This document shows positions 41,418-51,375 of a DNA stretch of 64,000 nucleotides, piece by piece (within the stretch, counting starts at the first letter, position 1; every line of letters begins with the position of its first letter). The notes under the pieces were generated by a model. That model saw only the letters and a program-made list of their open reading frames with translations, did not search any database and was not told the DNA's origin. Both the position numbers and the translations under genes were made by a program. The DNA lies in NCBI GenBank assembly GCA_963704205.1, contig CAVPHN010000023.1, positions 1 through 64,000 of the forward strand. The letters run 5' to 3'. The DNA is from an uncultured delta proteobacterium. GTDB taxonomy: Bacteria; Desulfobacterota; Desulfobacteria; Desulfobacterales; Desulfatirhabdiaceae.

Positions 41418-42188
41418 TCATTTGATGATGGCGTCAAATATCCCATAGGCTGCCTGAATTGCGGCATTGCCCGCGGGAATGGCTACAGTCGGTTGTCCGT
41501 TTAAGTCATACGCGTAGATATCCGGGTCTTCCGGAATGGTTCCCGCAAGCGCTATTCCGGCATCCTGAACAATCTGAGTGATTTCCGGGGTGAGTTCATC
41601 TTTGACCTGATTGATGATCAGGTAGCTTTTTGTAACGCCGATCCGAAGTTCTCTGGCCAGTTGATCAATGCGAATCGCGGAAAGAATGCTGCGTCGGGAA
41701 GTGTCCGAGACCATCAGCAGCACATCCACATTTCGTGTCGTCAGCCTGCTGATATGTTCCATGCCAGCTTCATTGTCCATGACAACATAAGGATAATTAT
41801 GAATAAGTTTGTCCAAAAAGGCGATCAATAGCGAGTTGGCTGCGCAATAGCATCCGGAGCCTTCCGGTTGTCCCATGACGATAAGGTCATAGCCTTTGGC
41901 TTCTACAATAGCCTGTTGAAGCTTCATGGACATGAACACATCTTTGGTCATGCCGCCGGGAACCACTCCTTTTTTCATTTCTTCACGGGCATTGCTAAGG
42001 GTGTCGCAAAGTTCAAGTCCAAGCACTTCGTTCAAATTGGCATTGCTGTCGGCATCCACTGCCAGAACCGGTGATTTGCCCCTCTCCACTAGATATTTGA
42101 TGAGCATTCCTGCTATGGTTGTTTTTCCGGTTCCTCCTTTTCCGGCCAAGTGCGATTGAATACGGCATGCGATAAGAATTCCTTTCAA
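41418..42188 (-). CDS. CooC/AcsF-family P-loop ATPase (MinD/ParA superfamily; nickel-insertion accessory type)
   Basis: Deviant Walker A (AGKGGTGKTTIAG) and CooC-like downstream sequence (VLAVDADSNANLNEVLG). No CODH/ACS gene in the window. Confidence 0.7.
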   Translation of the reverse strand: MKGILIACRIQSHLAGKGGTGKTTIAGMLIKYLVERGKSPVLAVDADSNANLNEVLGLELCDTLSNAREEMKKGVVPGGMTKDVFMSMKLQQAIVEAKGYDLIVMGQPEGSGCYCAANSLLIAFLDKLIHNYPYVVMDNEAGMEHISRLTTRNVDVLLMVSDTSRRSILSAIRIDQLARELRIGVTKSYLIINQVKDELTPEITQIVQDAGIALAGTIPEDPDIYAYDLNGQPTVAIPAGNAAIQAAYGIFDAIIK

Positions 42189-42517
42189 AATTGATGTTTA
42201 TTGGTAATATGAATGACCATATCCCTTAAGGTCACTTATTGCCAACAGTCAAGTAACTTTTTTCGAGATGCTCATAAGGAAAATCAGCGTTCAGACATTT
42301 TATAAGGATTCCAAGTCGCATATCCCAAGCAAATCCCTTGCAAAGCCATTTTGTCTATGTTAAATCCTGAACGGTCACTCGGAATATGCTGTTCTGTTTT
42401 TTTGCTTCGAAATGGATTTTGACTTCTTTGCCGGTGTATCCAGAAAAAATGTTTTTTTTGAAATTATATAAAGGCCATTTGCCAGGATTAATCAAACCGT
42501 AAGAACTGGAGGAAAAA

Positions 42518-43672
42518 ATGGATTTTGAACTCACCAAGTCACAGATCGAGATTCAGAAAGCAGCAAGAAATTTTGCCAAAGGCGAATTCGACAAGGATCT
42601 TGCGCTTGAACTTGAGAAAAAGCACGAATTTCCAACGAAAATATGGAAAAAAGCTGCTGAGCTCGGTTTTATCGGCATTCACTTTGACGAAAAATATTCC
42701 GGCCAGGGCCTTGGCGTTATGGAAAATATCATCGTTGCAGAAGAACTCTGCGCTAAGGATTCCACAATCGGCGCCTGCCTCATTCTTGCAGGGTTTGCAT
42801 CCGAATGTCTGCTTCGCTTTGCCAGTGAAGATCTCAAGCAGAAATTCCTCCCCCTGGTTGCCGAAGGCAAGACGCTTTCCGCAGGCGCGTTTACAGAGCC
42901 CGATCATGGCTCTGATATTACTTCCATGAACACGACTGCGGTTCGTGACGGCGATGAATGGGTCATTAACGGCACCAAAACCTTCATTACCAATGGCTGC
43001 CTTGCAGGTTTTTTTACGGTTCTCTGTCAGACAGATCCAGATGCCAAGCCTTCCCACCGGGGAATCAGCATGATTCTGGTTGAAGCAGATCGAAAAGGTG
43101 TTGCCTCCGCGGACGTTGGCGATAAAATGGGCATTCGTATGATGTCCACGGCCGAGGTTAATTTCAAGGAAGTCCGGGTACCGCTGACACATCTGATTGG
43201 AAAAGAAGGCAAGGGATTTTATCAGGTCCTGGAGTTTTTTGACGAAAGCCGGATTCTGATTGCCGCCCAGGCATTGGGTACGGCTCAGGGGGCATTTGAC
43301 AGGGCGCTGGCCTATGTCAAACAGCGCGAGCAGTTTGGAAAGAAAATTGCGGAATTTCAGATCACCCAGCACAAGCTGGCGGATATGGCCACCAAAATCG
43401 AGCTTGCCCGGCTGATAACCTATAAGGCTGCCTGGAATTATGACAAAGGCCACATCGATCCCAAGCTGACCTCAATGGCCAAGATGTATGCGGCCAGGAC
43501 GGCTGTTGAAGTTGCCGATGAGGCGATTCAGCTTCTGGGCGGATATGGATACATGGCGGAATACGAGGTAGAACGTTTCTATCGCGACGCTAAAATCACC
43601 GAAATCTATGAAGGCACCAAGGAAATTCAGAAAAATACTATTGCCAGCGCTGTACTGGGTAAATTTAAATAA
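42518..43672 (+). CDS. Acyl-CoA dehydrogenase (short/medium-chain type)
   Basis: 384 aa. ACAD motifs including the C-terminal EIYEGTKEIQKNTIA. GGAGGA SD. Confidence 0.85.
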   Translation: MDFELTKSQIEIQKAARNFAKGEFDKDLALELEKKHEFPTKIWKKAAELGFIGIHFDEKYSGQGLGVMENIIVAEELCAKDSTIGACLILAGFASECLLRFASEDLKQKFLPLVAEGKTLSAGAFTEPDHGSDITSMNTTAVRDGDEWVINGTKTFITNGCLAGFFTVLCQTDPDAKPSHRGISMILVEADRKGVASADVGDKMGIRMMSTAEVNFKEVRVPLTHLIGKEGKGFYQVLEFFDESRILIAAQALGTAQGAFDRALAYVKQREQFGKKIAEFQITQHKLADMATKIELARLITYKAAWNYDKGHIDPKLTSMAKMYAARTAVEVADEAIQLLGGYGYMAEYEVERFYRDAKITEIYEGTKEIQKNTIASAVLGKFK

Positions 43673-43722
43673 AGTATTTGGGCTGAGTTCACCATAACCC
43701 ATTTCTATAAAGGAGAGCTGAT

Positions 43723-44022
43723 ATGCTGGACTTCATTAAAAAAACCATGTTGACGGGTATTGGTCTTGCGATGAAAACCAAGGATGAACTGGAAGAATGG
43801 GTAAAAGAAATTGTTAAAAAAGGCGAGATGTCTGAAAAAGAAGGCAAAAATTTTTTAGACGATCTTAAAGAAAAATCCGAGAAGGCTCAAAAAGAATTTG
43901 AAGAGAAAATTGAGTCAAAATTCAAGGACCTGCTTAAAAAAGCAGACATCGCCACTCGCGACGAAGTCAATGATCTGAAAAATGAGATTCAGGAATTGAG
44001 AAAAACACTCGATTCAAAATAA
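43723..44022 (+). CDS. Phasin-like coiled-coil small protein
   Basis: 99 aa, Lys/Glu-rich with heptad pattern. Resembles phasin/granule-associated protein family members. Lies between two ACAD genes. Confidence 0.45.
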   Translation: MLDFIKKTMLTGIGLAMKTKDELEEWVKEIVKKGEMSEKEGKNFLDDLKEKSEKAQKEFEEKIESKFKDLLKKADIATRDEVNDLKNEIQELRKTLDSK

Positions 44023-44045
44023 TTCGACAGACACAGGGCAGGGGT

Positions 44046-45851
44046 ATGGCAGATAAGTTTATCAGTATACGAAATTTGAAGTTTCTGCTTTTTGAAGTAT
44101 TTGATGTGCTGTCGCTCTCCGAATACCCGTATTTTTCTCAGCACAATCAAAAGATGTACAACCTGGTGCTGAATGCGGCCCTGAAAATGTCCTCACGCCT
44201 GCTGCATCCGCTCTTCGAGGAGATGGACCGAAACCCCCCGGAATTGATCGCCGGGCAGGTGAAAGTCCATTCGGCAGTTACCGGAATCATGAAGGAGTTT
44301 GGGCAAGGGGGATGGATTTCCGCAACCTTTCCGCTTGAGTCGAACGGCGAGCAACTGCCCAGCATGGTCGCCAATGCGTGTTTCATGATGTTTTCCGCTG
44401 CCAACTACTCGGCCAGCGTCTATCCCGGCCTGACGGCCGGAGCGGCCCGGCTGATCGACTCCTTCGGCAATGCGGAAATAAAGAAAACATTCCTGAATAA
44501 AATGCTTTCCGGTCAGTGGCAGGGCACCATGGCACTGACCGAACCCCAGGCCGGCAGCTCGCTGACCGATATTGCCACCACAGCATTGCCCGCTGCAGAT
44601 GGATTTTACAAAATCCGCGGAAGAAAGACGTTCATTTCCGCAGGCGACCATGACGGCGCGGAAAACATCATTCATCTGATGCTGGCGCGGATCGATGGCG
44701 CGCCTGCCGGTCCCAAGGGGATATCCCTTTTCGTTGTTCCCAAAAAGCGTCTCAATGCAGCCGGGGTTCTGGGCTCAAACGACATCAATGTCTCCCAGAT
44801 TTTCCATAAAATGGGGTATCGGGGCGCCCCGATCGCCGAACTGAGTATCGGCGATAAAGAAGACTGCCACGGCTATCTTCTGGGAGAGCCGCACCGGGGT
44901 CTGGCCTACATGTTTCAGATGATGAACGAGGAGCGGATCGGTGTCGGGCTGGGGGCGGCTTCCATTGCCTCAGCCGCCTATTATGCGGCCCTAAATTACT
45001 GCAAACAAAGACCCCAGGGCCGAAGGCTTACGGATAAGGACCCGGCATCACCCCAGATTTCCATTATCGAACATGCCGATGTCAAGCGGATGCTGCTGTT
45101 TCAGCGCGCCGTGGTTGAAGGCTCTTTTTCGTTGCTCATGCAGTGCAGTCAGTACGAAGACATGAGCCGGGCGGCCTTGCCCCATGAGACGAGCCGTTAC
45201 CGCCTGCTGCTGGAACTGCTCACGCCTGTTGCAAAGACCTATGCATCGGAGATGGGTATACTGTCAACCAGCCAGAGCATTCAGTGCTTCGGCGGCTACG
45301 GATACTGCCAGGATTTTCCCGTGGAACAGCATTTTCGCGATATGCGCATTCACCCGATTCACGAGGGAACCACCGGCATTCAGGGCATGGATCTTCTGGG
45401 AAGAAAAGTCCTCATGGAAAACGGCAAGGCATTTGCCTTGTTTCTGGAAGAGGTTCAGGCCGCCTTGGACACGGCCCGGAAGTTTCCTGCCCTTCAGCCC
45501 ATGGCCAGTCAGTTGGATACGGCCGTTAAGCAGCTTCAGGATGTCACCCTTCAGCTTGTGGCCATTGCACATGAAAAAGGCCCGGAAGTCTTTCTGGCCG
45601 ACGCCACCCTTTACCTGGAATTTTTCGGAATCATCACGGTTGCCTGGCAGTGGCTTCTTCAGTCAGTTTCGGTCCAGAAGGCTCAGGCAGGGGAACTTTC
45701 CACTGCGGAAACCGATTTTTATCAGGGGAAACTCTTTACAGCCCGTTATTTTTTTGCCTATGAACTGCCAAAAATCAGCGGACTGGCTCAGCGCCTGTCA
45801 GACGGCAATCCGCTGACTGTTGAAATGCGGCCGGAGTATTTCTCCGACTGA
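44046..45851 (+). CDS. Acyl-CoA dehydrogenase, long form with C-terminal extension (FadE-like)
   Basis: 601 aa. ACAD N/M/C domains (…GTMALTEPQAGSSLTDI…, …CFGGYGYCQDFPVEQHFRDMRIHPIHEGTTGIQ) plus an extra C-terminal domain of about 150 aa. Confidence 0.8.
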   Translation: MADKFISIRNLKFLLFEVFDVLSLSEYPYFSQHNQKMYNLVLNAALKMSSRLLHPLFEEMDRNPPELIAGQVKVHSAVTGIMKEFGQGGWISATFPLESNGEQLPSMVANACFMMFSAANYSASVYPGLTAGAARLIDSFGNAEIKKTFLNKMLSGQWQGTMALTEPQAGSSLTDIATTALPAADGFYKIRGRKTFISAGDHDGAENIIHLMLARIDGAPAGPKGISLFVVPKKRLNAAGVLGSNDINVSQIFHKMGYRGAPIAELSIGDKEDCHGYLLGEPHRGLAYMFQMMNEERIGVGLGAASIASAAYYAALNYCKQRPQGRRLTDKDPASPQISIIEHADVKRMLLFQRAVVEGSFSLLMQCSQYEDMSRAALPHETSRYRLLLELLTPVAKTYASEMGILSTSQSIQCFGGYGYCQDFPVEQHFRDMRIHPIHEGTTGIQGMDLLGRKVLMENGKAFALFLEEVQAALDTARKFPALQPMASQLDTAVKQLQDVTLQLVAIAHEKGPEVFLADATLYLEFFGIITVAWQWLLQSVSVQKAQAGELSTAETDFYQGKLFTARYFFAYELPKISGLAQRLSDGNPLTVEMRPEYFSD

Positions 45852-45894
45852 AAATCCCGATCGCTGATCAGCTCCGTAAAATCTTCATAACCCT

Positions 45895-47448
45895 TTACGA
45901 AACCATCAAGGCTTCGATGAGACAGGGTCCTTTTGTCTTCATGGCTTCAGCAAATTGCAGATGGAATTCATCGGCTGTGCAGGAGCGGGTCGCACGAACA
46001 CCCATGCCCTGTGCGATTTGGACCCAGTCAATTGAAGGCGGGGAGAGACTCAGCATGGTCAGTGTCTGATCATTGGGCCGGCCGGCGCCGACACGCGCCA
46101 GCTCAATGTTTAAAATTGCATAACTGCGGTTGTTGAGCAGAACAACGGTGACATCCGATTTTTCCCTGGCCAGGGTCCAAAGCGCCTGTAGGGTATACAT
46201 GGCGCTGCCGTCTGCCTGCAATGCCACGACCTTGCGATCCGGGCAGGCCACTGCCGCGCCAAGACTCAGCGGCAATCCCTGTCCGATCGCACCTCCGGTC
46301 AGGGTCAGCCAGTCGTGTGCCGCTGCGCCTTGCGTGCAGTTGTAGATATCGAGCCCGCAGGTAATGCCTTCATCGGACAGAATGGCCTGCTCCGGGAGCA
46401 GAATATTAAGGCTTTTTCCGATGGCCTGCGGTGTTAATGTGCCGGTGGGCAATGTCAGTTCGATGCGCGCCTGCCGCCCCCCGGGTTCAGGGGGGGCTGT
46501 CAATCTGTCGGCCAGCAGCTTCAAGGCTGACTACGGAACAGTTATCAACGGTTGCAAGTGTTTTGATGTCGCTGTTTTCCGGAACCAGCATGCTTGGTTT
46601 TCCGGGATAGGCAAAGAATGCCACCGGAACCTGCGCACCCACAAGAATGAATTGTTCATAGCTCTGAAGAAATTCCACCGCCTTTTCGACAAAATAAGGG
46701 ATGCGGGCGACCCTGACCCGTCCGGCGCCGCGCTGCATGCGGGCAGGAAAAGTCTCGCAGAGGAGTTCGACTCCTGTGGCATCTGCAATGCGGCCGGCCG
46801 CTTTCAGCGCCTCTTCGCGCAGGGCACGGCCCCCGAGGATGAGCGCACTGCGTTTGCCATTGGTCAATGCTTTTGCAATGTCATCGACCGTCTCAGGCAA
46901 AATCATTTCCTGCGGAGCAGGCAACGGCGGCGACAGCATTTCACTGATTTCTTCCCAGGCATGATTGGCAGGTGCGATCAATGTGGCGACTTTGCCCGAA
47001 CCTCTCATGGATGCCTGAACCGCCAGCACTCCCGAAGGTGCCAGATCATCAGCGGATTTCGAAACATGGATCCAGTCCGAGCAGATTTTCGCATGGCCGG
47101 GGATGTCGGAAGTCAGCGGGGAATTGTATTTCAGGTGGTAGGTGGCATGGTCTCCGACAATGTTTATAACGGGAACGTGGGCCTTGCGGGCGTTGTGCAG
47201 ATTGGCCATGCCGTTTGACAAATCCCGGGACCCATATGAAGCAGGGTGATTGCAGGTTTATCGGCCATTCGGCCATAGCCGTCGGCAGCGCCGGTCGCCA
47301 CGCCCTCAAACAGGCACAGAATCGGCCGGACAGCATCGGTTTTTCCGATTGCCAGTACCAGGTGCATCTCTGAAGTGCCGGGATTGGCAAAACAGATTTC
47401 AACGCCGGCTTCGACCAGGACTTTTAAAAGCGCTTGCGCACCGTTCAT
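45895..47448 (-). pseudogene. Thiamine-pyrophosphate enzyme (acetolactate-synthase/benzoylformate-decarboxylase family), split by 2 frameshifts
   Basis: TPP_enzyme_N in ORF 47164..47448 ([15 protein letters not shown]...[19 protein letters not shown]). Middle domain in ORF 46487..47221. TPP-binding C-terminal domain in ORF 45895..46524 (GGAIGQGLPLSLGAAVA...). Confidence 0.6.
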
Positions 47449-47576
47449 CGTGACTCTCTTTCAATTTTCAGGTTTAAAATGCTCGGGCAATGGCGCTTTT
47501 AATACCATTCCCAGAAGAAATAGTCAGTTTTGTTCAGTTCTTATCATTACATATTTGATGCGATAGATCAAATTTC

Positions 47577-48377
47577 TTGACAAACAAACACATCAAAAGG
47601 GACGACTCCATGAAAATAGGCATAATGAACAATCCGTCAAAATCGGTCTATGATGAGGTGGCGTTCTGTGGCAAGGCCGGTTTCGACTTTTTGGATTTGA
47701 CCATCGAAGGGCCTAATGCCACCACGGTTGATGTTGCCAGATTACGCCCGATCCTTGATTCCTATGACCTATCCATCACAGGGCATACCGACCCCTGCCT
47801 GCCGCATGCATATCCAATCCAGGGAATCCGGGAGGCTTGTCTTAAGGAACTGGAGCGATGTGCCGGGATATTTTCCGCCTTGGGGGCAAAGGTCATGAAT
47901 ATCCATCCCTGCTATTTTTGTCCGCCAGCCATGAGAAAAGATTTGATTGCATTCAATATCGAGGCATTACAACCCATTGTTGAAATGGCCGCATCATATG
48001 GACTGACAGTGGTGATTGAAAACTATAAAGCCCCTTTTGACCGGGTTTCCACCTTTAAAAAAATGCTGACGGCAGTGCCGGGTTTAAAACTGCATCTTGA
48101 TTTCGGACACACAAACTTCGGTCTCGATAATCATGAGGTTTTTTGCAGAGAACTGGGAAAACACATCCGGCATGTCCATTTTTCTGACAACCGATCCAGA
48201 TCCGATGATCATATGCCCTTGGGCGTAGGAACCGTTGATTGGGAAAATGCAGTGAATTCATTAAAGGCAACCGGTTACGATGGTACCATTACATTGGAAA
48301 TATTCTGCAATGATCCGGATATGCAATACAAATATCTGGATCTGAGCCGAAAGTTGGTTCAGGAGCTCTGGAATTAG
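47577..48377 (+). CDS. Sugar phosphate isomerase/epimerase (xylose-isomerase-like TIM barrel)
   Basis: TIM-barrel AP-endonuclease-2-like motifs (VVIENYKAP, HLDFGHTN, HVHFSDN). The start is probably the ATG at 47610 (MKIGIMN). Confidence 0.7.
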   Translation: MTNKHIKRDDSMKIGIMNNPSKSVYDEVAFCGKAGFDFLDLTIEGPNATTVDVARLRPILDSYDLSITGHTDPCLPHAYPIQGIREACLKELERCAGIFSALGAKVMNIHPCYFCPPAMRKDLIAFNIEALQPIVEMAASYGLTVVIENYKAPFDRVSTFKKMLTAVPGLKLHLDFGHTNFGLDNHEVFCRELGKHIRHVHFSDNRSRSDDHMPLGVGTVDWENAVNSLKATGYDGTITLEIFCNDPDMQYKYLDLSRKLVQELWN

Positions 48378-48537
48378 TCCCAGCCGAAAGGCGTTCAATT
48401 CGTAATCATAGATGTTTTTCACTCGATAATTATGATATGGACACCCTATCGGGATAGTCGTTGTCCGGCTCTGATGGATTTGCAAAGCGCGGGACAGATG
48501 ACATTTTCGAGGTTCTGATTTAAGGAAGAAATCGGGT

Positions 48538-49032
48538 ATGAATGAGATCGTGATCCGCAGAGATTATGTTCCCGGTGCTATCGGCCGTGTTGTCGAGCTG
48601 CATGGCACGTATTATCATGAACATTGGGGGTTTGGTGCATTTTTCGAAGCCAAGGTGGCAGGCGGTCTTGCGGAGTTCATTAACCGTTATGACAATCAAC
48701 GCGATGGTTTTTGGACTGCCGCGATCAACAGCCGCGTGGAAGGCGCCATTACCATCGACGGATTGCACGCGGCGCACGAGGGCGCGCATCTGCGGTGGTT
48801 TGTCATGTCCGATGCGCTCCGCGGTCAGGGAGTGGGCAAACGACTCATTGGCACCGCCATAGACTTCTGTCGCAGCAGGAAGTATCCGCGCGTTTTCCTC
48901 TGGACTTTCGAGGGCCTCCACGCAGCACGGCATCTCTATGAACAGGCAGGCTTTTTGCTCGTTGAACAACACCGCGGCGCCCAGTGGGGGACAGAAGTTT
49001 TGGAACAGAGATTCGAACTGTCCCTTACATAG
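48538..49032 (+). CDS. GNAT-family N-acetyltransferase
   Basis: Acetyl-CoA-binding motif (RGQGVGKRLIGTAI). 164 aa. Locally elevated GC, about 57-58% (eyeball estimate). Confidence 0.7.
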   Translation: MNEIVIRRDYVPGAIGRVVELHGTYYHEHWGFGAFFEAKVAGGLAEFINRYDNQRDGFWTAAINSRVEGAITIDGLHAAHEGAHLRWFVMSDALRGQGVGKRLIGTAIDFCRSRKYPRVFLWTFEGLHAARHLYEQAGFLLVEQHRGAQWGTEVLEQRFELSLT

Positions 49033-49085
49033 CGCATCCGACTCCTAAGTAAGGAAAAACCATCCCAAAGAAATCTGGGAAGAAT

Positions 49086-50112
49086 ATGCATACTGCAAAT
49101 GAAAGATCCTTGATCGGCATCGACGGGCGCCCTCGTTTCGGTATCTACACGCAGCCCCCTGACATCACTTGATCTGGACGATTTCCGTCCCTACGGCGAG
49201 AATGCCGGAGCATTATCCGCCAAGCACTGGATTTTGAAGTACCGGATCAAGCGATGGGAATATCTCGGCATCTGCAACAACGACATCATCTTCGGCATCG
49301 CCGTCGTCCGCCTCGGCTATATGTGCAATCTGTTCACTTATCTCTTTGACCGCCGTAGCGCCCGGATCAGCGAATATGACATCCTCACGCCTGGCGGAGG
49401 TGCTGCGATCTTCAAGGGAAACTCCCAGACAGGCAGCATCACTTTCAAGAGCGGAAAAACGGCGGTCCGCATGACAAGCGATCCTGAAACCATTACCGTT
49501 GAGGGGTCCATAAAGGAAGCGCTTTCCGTTAGCCTTTCTTTCCGCAAGTATGAGGCAGCCGCTTGTCTGCCTGACCCGGACAGGCCTGAAAGGTTTTAAC
49601 TACACCCACAAAGAGGCAGGTATCCCCGTCCGGGGGACGATACGCCACAAGGAGGAGTCGTGGGATATTCAGGAAGCCGCAGTCTTTCGGTGTCCGGGAC
49701 TATACGCTGGGCTACCTGGCCCGTCAGACGTTCTGGAACTGGGCCTCTGGAGGCGGTATGGACAAGGCGGGGAACCGCATCGGCTTTAATCTTGTCCAGG
49801 GGGTCAACGAAACCGGATTTACGGAAAACGCATTCTGGATCAATGGCCGCCTTGTCAAAACAGATGTCGTGGATTTCCGCTATGACGATCTGGACCTGCT
49901 GAAGCCCTGGCACATCGAATCCAACGACGGCCGGGTCCGGCTCCGGTTTCTGCCGGAGGGCAGCCGTTCGGCGAATACGCATGCAGGGTCTGATCGTGAG
50001 CAGATTTCACCAGCCTTTTGGCCGCTTTGAAGGGACGTTACAGGCCGGGGATCAGATCTGCGAACTGCAAAACGTCTCCGGGTTTACGGAAGAACACTAC
50101 GCCAAGTGGTAG
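49086..50112 (+). pseudogene. DUF2804-like protein, disrupted by at least 2 frameshifts
   Basis: Fragments across three frames (MHTANERSLIGIDGRP..., MKYRIKRWEYLGICNNDIIFGIAVV..., ...NRIGFNLVQGVNETGFTENAFWINGRLVKTDVVDF...). Family assignment is tentative. Confidence 0.35.
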
Positions 50113-50293
50113 CTCAGGTCTGCGGAACCATTTTGGCCGTATTATTCTGCGTCACCGAAAGCCTGGTTCAATTCCAAGTCCCCGGCATGCGGCTCTATCT
50201 AAAGATATAGGAGATACAGAAAACGGATCCACGCCATGATGCCGTCAAGGCCGCTATTGCCGAGCATGCCGGATTCTTCAAACAGAAAAATCC

Positions 50294-50614
50294 TCACCGG
50301 TGGTAATGGGCTGATACAGCATTAGGATTCATAGCGAAACCAGCCTTACGTCCCAGATTTGGATGGCCCAATCCAAGCCGACAGGCAATGTCGATGTCCT
50401 CAACAGTGGCTACACCTTCTTCAACAAAGCGGTTAGCCTCGATCCACATGGCGTGCAACAGACGGTTGACGGCAAATCCTGTCACGTCTTTGACGCGAAT
50501 GGGCGTTTTCCCAATTTGGCGACAGACGTCCATAATTGCTTCGGCTGTTTCCTCGGTTGTATCCAAACCTGGTATGACTTCCACCAACGGCTTCAACGAC
50601 ACCGGCGAAATCAC
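50294..50614 (-). pseudogene. 3-hydroxyacyl-CoA dehydrogenase C-terminal-domain fragment (truncated remnant)
   Basis: 106-aa ORF matching the 3HCDH C-terminal domain (…VKDVTGFAVNRLL…EEGVATVEDIDIACRLGLGHP). The N-terminal NAD-binding domain is absent. Confidence 0.55.
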
Positions 50615-50829
50615 AGGAGATCAGGCGCATGATGACGGATTGATCAATCCCTCTGGGTGTTTGATATGGGGTGTGGCGTATGGTTTTGCCGCAACTATGC
50701 AGCCTGCCGCAGCGCTTCGTACTTCGGCAAGTGAGTCATCAGCGCCATCAATGCGTATCTTTCAGGCGTGAATTTTTGGAAGCGCGCTCCTTCATCCGGG
50801 GCGTTAATCGCGACACGATGCCGTTCAAT

Positions 50830-51126
50830 TCACCGGTACAATTCATTCTTCTTATGCACTTTAGCTACATCCTTACTGCCTTCAAGAGACCTTCGCATCA
50901 AGTCCCGTTCGGCTTTTGCCTTTCTGAGCCGATCTTTCAATATCTCATGATTCTGAGTCGGAGCAGCCAAAAGCTCTTTTTCAAGCTTTTCCACTTCCCG
51001 AATAATTCGATACAAATCTTGTGCGATCAATCTCAAAGACATAAGGAAAAACGGGCTCCTCGCTATTTCATGTGGCAAAACCTTATGAAGAACCGATTTC
51101 GAGAATAAGCAATTTTCTTTGGACAA
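50830..51126 (-). other. Possible IS3-family OrfA-like remnant (very tentative)
   Basis: 98-aa ORF. Its coiled-coil tail (…EVEKLEKELL…LKDRLRKAKAERDLMRRSL) resembles the leucine-zipper end of IS3 OrfA proteins. Adjacent to a tRNA and to gene fragments. Confidence 0.25.
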
Positions 51127-51160
51127 GATAAAAATGAAAAGGCCCGATTTCTCAGGCCTT
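51127..51160 (-). terminator. Rho-independent terminator downstream of the tRNA gene
   Basis: Minus strand shows the hairpin AAGGCC-tgagaaatc-GGGCCTT followed by UUUUCAUUUUU. A second 8-bp stem-loop (CAGTATCG-ga-CGATACTG) lies between it and the tRNA 3' end. Confidence 0.4.
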
Positions 51161-51194
51161 TATGGACAGTATCGGACGATACTGGACTGTGCGG

Positions 51195-51271
51195 TGGTGG
51201 CGATGCAGGGATTTGAACCCCGGACACTGCGGATATGAGCCGCATGCTCTGACCAACTGAGCTACATCGCC
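51195..51271 (-). tRNA. tRNA with CAT anticodon (elongator tRNA-Met or tRNA-Ile2/lysidine)
   Basis: 77 nt: GGCGATGTAGCTCAGTTGGTCAGAGCATGCGGCTCATATCCGCAGTGTCCGGGGTTCAAATCCCTGCATCGCCACCA. Fits the cloverleaf (7-bp acceptor, GTAGCTCAGTTGG D-arm, anticodon loop CTCATAT, GGTTCAAATCC T-loop, encoded CCA). G1-C72 is paired, so it is not an initiator. Confidence 0.85.
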
Positions 51272-51375
51272 AAAGGAATTGACGGTACTTCAGAGAACAA
51301 ATTAAATTTTCTCTGAAATACCGTCAAAACTTGGATTAAATATCAATTTATAACAAATGCGTCAAGTAAAAAAGT

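Noticed and set aside
42539-43453. 304-aa minus-strand ORF antisense to the 42518..43672 ACAD
   Set aside because: Shadow ORF inside a well-supported ACAD gene. No domain signal.
46364-47218. 284-aa plus-strand ORF antisense to the TPP-enzyme pseudogene
   Set aside because: No motifs. The opposite strand carries clear TPP_enzyme N, M and C domain sequence.
51195-51271. Initiator tRNA-fMet assignment
   Set aside because: Positions 1 and 72 are a G-C pair, and the anticodon stem lacks the three consecutive G-C pairs typical of initiators. Called elongator Met or Ile2(CAT) instead.
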